Part shown: in pieces, positions 61,340-64,000 of the stretch
Layout of the letters: each line of letters starts with the position of its first letter
Position numbering within the stretch: position 1 is the stretch's first letter
Source of the DNA: Tidjanibacter sp.
Lineage (GTDB): Bacteria > Bacteroidota > Bacteroidia > Bacteroidales > Rikenellaceae
Length of the DNA: 64,000 bases
Direction of reading: 5' to 3'
Assembly: GCA_045659085.1 (NCBI GenBank)
Contig: JAZOWE010000006.1
Location: 47,320 to 111,319, forward strand
Position numbers and translations under genes: made by a program
The notes under the pieces: model-generated
The model's input: only the letters and a program-made list of their open reading frames with translations
Database searches by the model: none
Told to the model about the DNA's origin: nothing

Positions 61340-61894
61340 CACTTTTTGAAGCATTCTTCGAAGCTTTTTGTAAAAAGCTTCTCTTTGCGACTTTTTATAA
61401 AAAGTCGCCCAAAAATTTTTAGTGTAGCCCTTGCGGTGAGGTGTGGCTATCTTCGCAGATAGTGCAGCAGCCAAATTAGGAGCCCTTCTTCAAACAAGTT
61501 TGAGAGGGCTCCTACTTTGTCCGCCACTCTCCTTCGGAGAGCCTCACACCTCCCCGAAAAAAGTCTGCTCTCAAACTCTCCTGTTTTTTCCTGTTGCTCT
61601 TGTCACTCTTGTCACTCCTGTCACTCCTGCAAGAAAGACAGGAAAAACAAGAAAAACAAGAAGGACAGGAATTTTCAATTCTCAACCCCACCCCGAGTGG
61701 GTTTTGTGGAGGGACTTTTTGCCCTCTCAACTCCGCGAGTGCATATCGTGGGGGCGTCCCTCTATTTAGCGAGTGCATATCGCGAGGCGAGTTCAAGGCT
61801 TGGTTTTGATTTTGCTCCGCAGTTTACTAGCGGTAAATGAGGAAGCAAAATCAAAAGCATAACGCAGAAATCGACCGCGAGATGTGCTCGCCCG
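61340..61894. repeat. composite repeat island
   Basis: CTTTTT-GT-AAAAAG palindromes, 9-mer arms, two GCGAGTGCATATCG modules, TTTAC-N5-GTAAA core. Confidence 0.85.
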
Positions 61895-64000
61895 CTAAAA
61901 GAACTCGTCGGCCTCTTCAAATATAACATCCGAAGGTTTCTCCTCCTCAACAGATTCTTCGCCTTCGGCAAGTTCGCCGTTTGCCTCGGCCTCAACATCC
62001 TCAATGGTTATTGAGCCATCCCAGCAGTCGTAATCTTTGGCACCTGCGGGGCGGTGGAAAGTATCTTCGCGGGTGACACCAAGAGTGCCGTTGTCCATAA
62101 CCTTTTTGAGGAACTCGCCATAGACGGGCAGTGCCACAACCGAGCCCTCGCCCTTGTCGGAGAGGTGGACACTCTGGTCCTCGCCGCCAACCCACACACC
62201 ACCTACAAGGTTGGGCGCCACGCACATAAACCACGCATCCCTATTCTCTTGCGAGGTGCCGGTCTTGCCACCCACCTCCAAGCCGCTCATACCGTATGCC
62301 CAGCCGAGCCTTACACCCGTACCACGCTCCACAACCGTACGCAACATTCCGACCATTGTGTGTGCGGTCTGTTCGCTGATAGCCACAGTGCTTGTGGGCG
62401 AGAACTCCGCCAAGACATTGCCGTGCTTATCCTCGATGCGGGTAACGAAGATGGGTTCGGTATGCACACCCCTATTAGCAAATGTGGAGTATGCGCCCAC
62501 CATCTCAAAAAGGCTCACATCGGGCGTGCCAAGACAGATGGCATTTACGGGGTCCACAAAACTCATAATGCCCATATTGTGAATGAAGTCGGCAACAGCT
62601 GCGGGCTGATTGGCCTGTTTCATAATCCACGCCGAGTAGTTGTTGCGGCTGCGGGCCAAACCCCAGCGCAGGGGATACATCTCGCCATCGTAGACCACCT
62701 TTGTACCCGCCTCTTTTGGGGTCCACGCCTCGCCTGTGTAGGTTTCGATGGTTACGGGCAGGTTGGGCACCATTGTGCAGGGATTATATCCGAGGTGGTC
62801 GAAAGCGAAGGTGTAGATGAAAGGTTTGATGGTCGAGCCCACCTGACGCTTACCCTGCTTTGCCATATCGTACTTGAAGTAGCGGAACGAGGGGCCTCCG
62901 ACATAGGCCTTAACATAGCCATTATGGGGATCGACAGCCATCAGCGACGCACGCATAATACGCTTGTGGTGAAGGATGGAGTCCATGGGGGTGATGAGGG
63001 TATCGACCTCGCCCTGGAAGGTGAAGATTTTGGTCTTAACCTTTGTGCGGAAAGCCTCCTCAATCTCGGTCTTGGAATAGCCGGCATTGCTCATATCGCG
63101 ATAGCGGTCCGAGTAGCGCACTGCTCGGTCCATAATCTTTTTGATATCCTCCTCTTCGAGGTCGTTGAAGAGCACACCCGACTCTTTCACTTGCTTGTCG
63201 AGCGCGGGCTGAATTTGCTGCGAGAGCTGTTTCTGCACCGCCTCCTCGGCATAGCGTTGCATTGTGGAGTTGAGGGTAGTGTAGATTTTCAGACCGTCGC
63301 GGTAGATGTTGTAGGTCGAGCCATCGGCTTTCTTGTTTTTCAGACACCAGCCATACAAGGGGTTGTTCTCCCACCTCTCAACCTCTTTTTCGTAGTCGTA
63401 CTTGGTGTAGTACATACTGCGCACAGGTTTGGGCGAGGTCATCGTCACGCGAATCATCTCGCGGAAGTAGGTTGCCAAGCCCTCGTTGTGCGACGAGGAG
63501 GAGAAGTTGAGTTCTATGGGGAGTGCCGTGAGCGAGTCGAGCTGTGCCTTGGTGATGTAGCCGCTCGCCTCCATACGGCTCATAACCGTATTGCGCCTTG
63601 TGAGAGAGTTTTTGGGGTTGCGCACGGGGCTGTAACGGGTAGGGGCATTAACCACGCCCACCAACATAGCAGCCTCCTGCACATTGATTTCGTGGGGCTC
63701 CTTGCCAAAGAAAGTCTTGGCTGCTGCCTTGATACCGTAGGCGTTGGAGCCAAAGAAAACGGTGTTGAAATACATCGCCACAATCTCGTTTTTGGTGTAG
63801 TTGTGTTCGAGTTTCACGGCGGTTATCCACTCTTTGAATTTGGCAACAACGAGGTTACCGGTACGAACGAGTTTCGAGGAGTAGTGTGTCGTATCGCGAG
63901 GAAAGAGGTTTTTGGCAAGCTGCTGCGTGATTGTCGAGCCACCACCCTGACCTCTGTCGCCCAAAGCGATGGTCTTGATACCCACACGAGCAAGCGATAT
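61895..64000 (-). CDS. penicillin-binding protein 1A (5' end outside window)
   Basis: GGSTITQQLAKN transglycosylase motif; STIK, SRN and KTG transpeptidase motifs. Confidence 0.95.
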   Translation of the reverse strand: MSLARVGIKTIALGDRGQGGGSTITQQLAKNLFPRDTTHYSSKLVRTGNLVVAKFKEWITAVKLEHNYTKNEIVAMYFNTVFFGSNAYGIKAAAKTFFGKEPHEINVQEAAMLVGVVNAPTRYSPVRNPKNSLTRRNTVMSRMEASGYITKAQLDSLTALPIELNFSSSSHNEGLATYFREMIRVTMTSPKPVRSMYYTKYDYEKEVERWENNPLYGWCLKNKKADGSTYNIYRDGLKIYTTLNSTMQRYAEEAVQKQLSQQIQPALDKQVKESGVLFNDLEEEDIKKIMDRAVRYSDRYRDMSNAGYSKTEIEEAFRTKVKTKIFTFQGEVDTLITPMDSILHHKRIMRASLMAVDPHNGYVKAYVGGPSFRYFKYDMAKQGKRQVGSTIKPFIYTFAFDHLGYNPCTMVPNLPVTIETYTGEAWTPKEAGTKVVYDGEMYPLRWGLARSRNNYSAWIMKQANQPAAVADFIHNMGIMSFVDPVNAICLGTPDVSLFEMVGAYSTFANRGVHTEPIFVTRIEDKHGNVLAEFSPTSTVAISEQTAHTMVGMLRTVVERGTGVRLGWAYGMSGLEVGGKTGTSQENRDAWFMCVAPNLVGGVWVGGEDQSVHLSDKGEGSVVALPVYGEFLKKVMDNGTLGVTREDTFHRPAGAKDYDCWDGSITIEDVEAEANGELAEGEESVEEEKPSDVIFEEADEFF

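Overview
A 64 kb chromosomal segment from a Bacteroidales bacterium, probably Rikenellaceae/Alistipes-like (inferred from TAnnTTTG promoters and gene content). Most of it is housekeeping: rimP-nusA-infB, glyA, fabG, rubrerythrin, tRNA-Glu(CTC), the OMP-TPR-lptC-CBS-ppiD cluster, mfd, RNase E/G, HU, zapB-like/zapA/6S/rny, queG-ftsY-rimO, an acyl-CoA ligase, asd and a partial PBP1A. The main find is a compact, intact 10-gene phage-structural operon at 8163-17328 on the minus strand. It encodes tail-tip-like proteins, an HTH protein, a ClpP-type head protease, a capsid, a tail-tube-like protein, a portal, an adaptor and a holin. It has a host-type promoter, and I see no integrase, replication genes, terminase, tape measure or endolysin, so it is a candidate domesticated GTA-like particle system. 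The second find is a modular family of intergenic repeats. Its core is a co-varying TTTRC-N5-GYAAA hairpin found in 11 intact copies, all on the + strand and usually just past a stop codon. Also notable are several long rod or cruciform structures beside AT-rich accessory genes and the tRNA, an uncharacterised TM2/LolA-like/YidD-like/TPR operon, and a 1265-aa WG-repeat protein. All product calls come from motif recognition by eye; no database searches were run.
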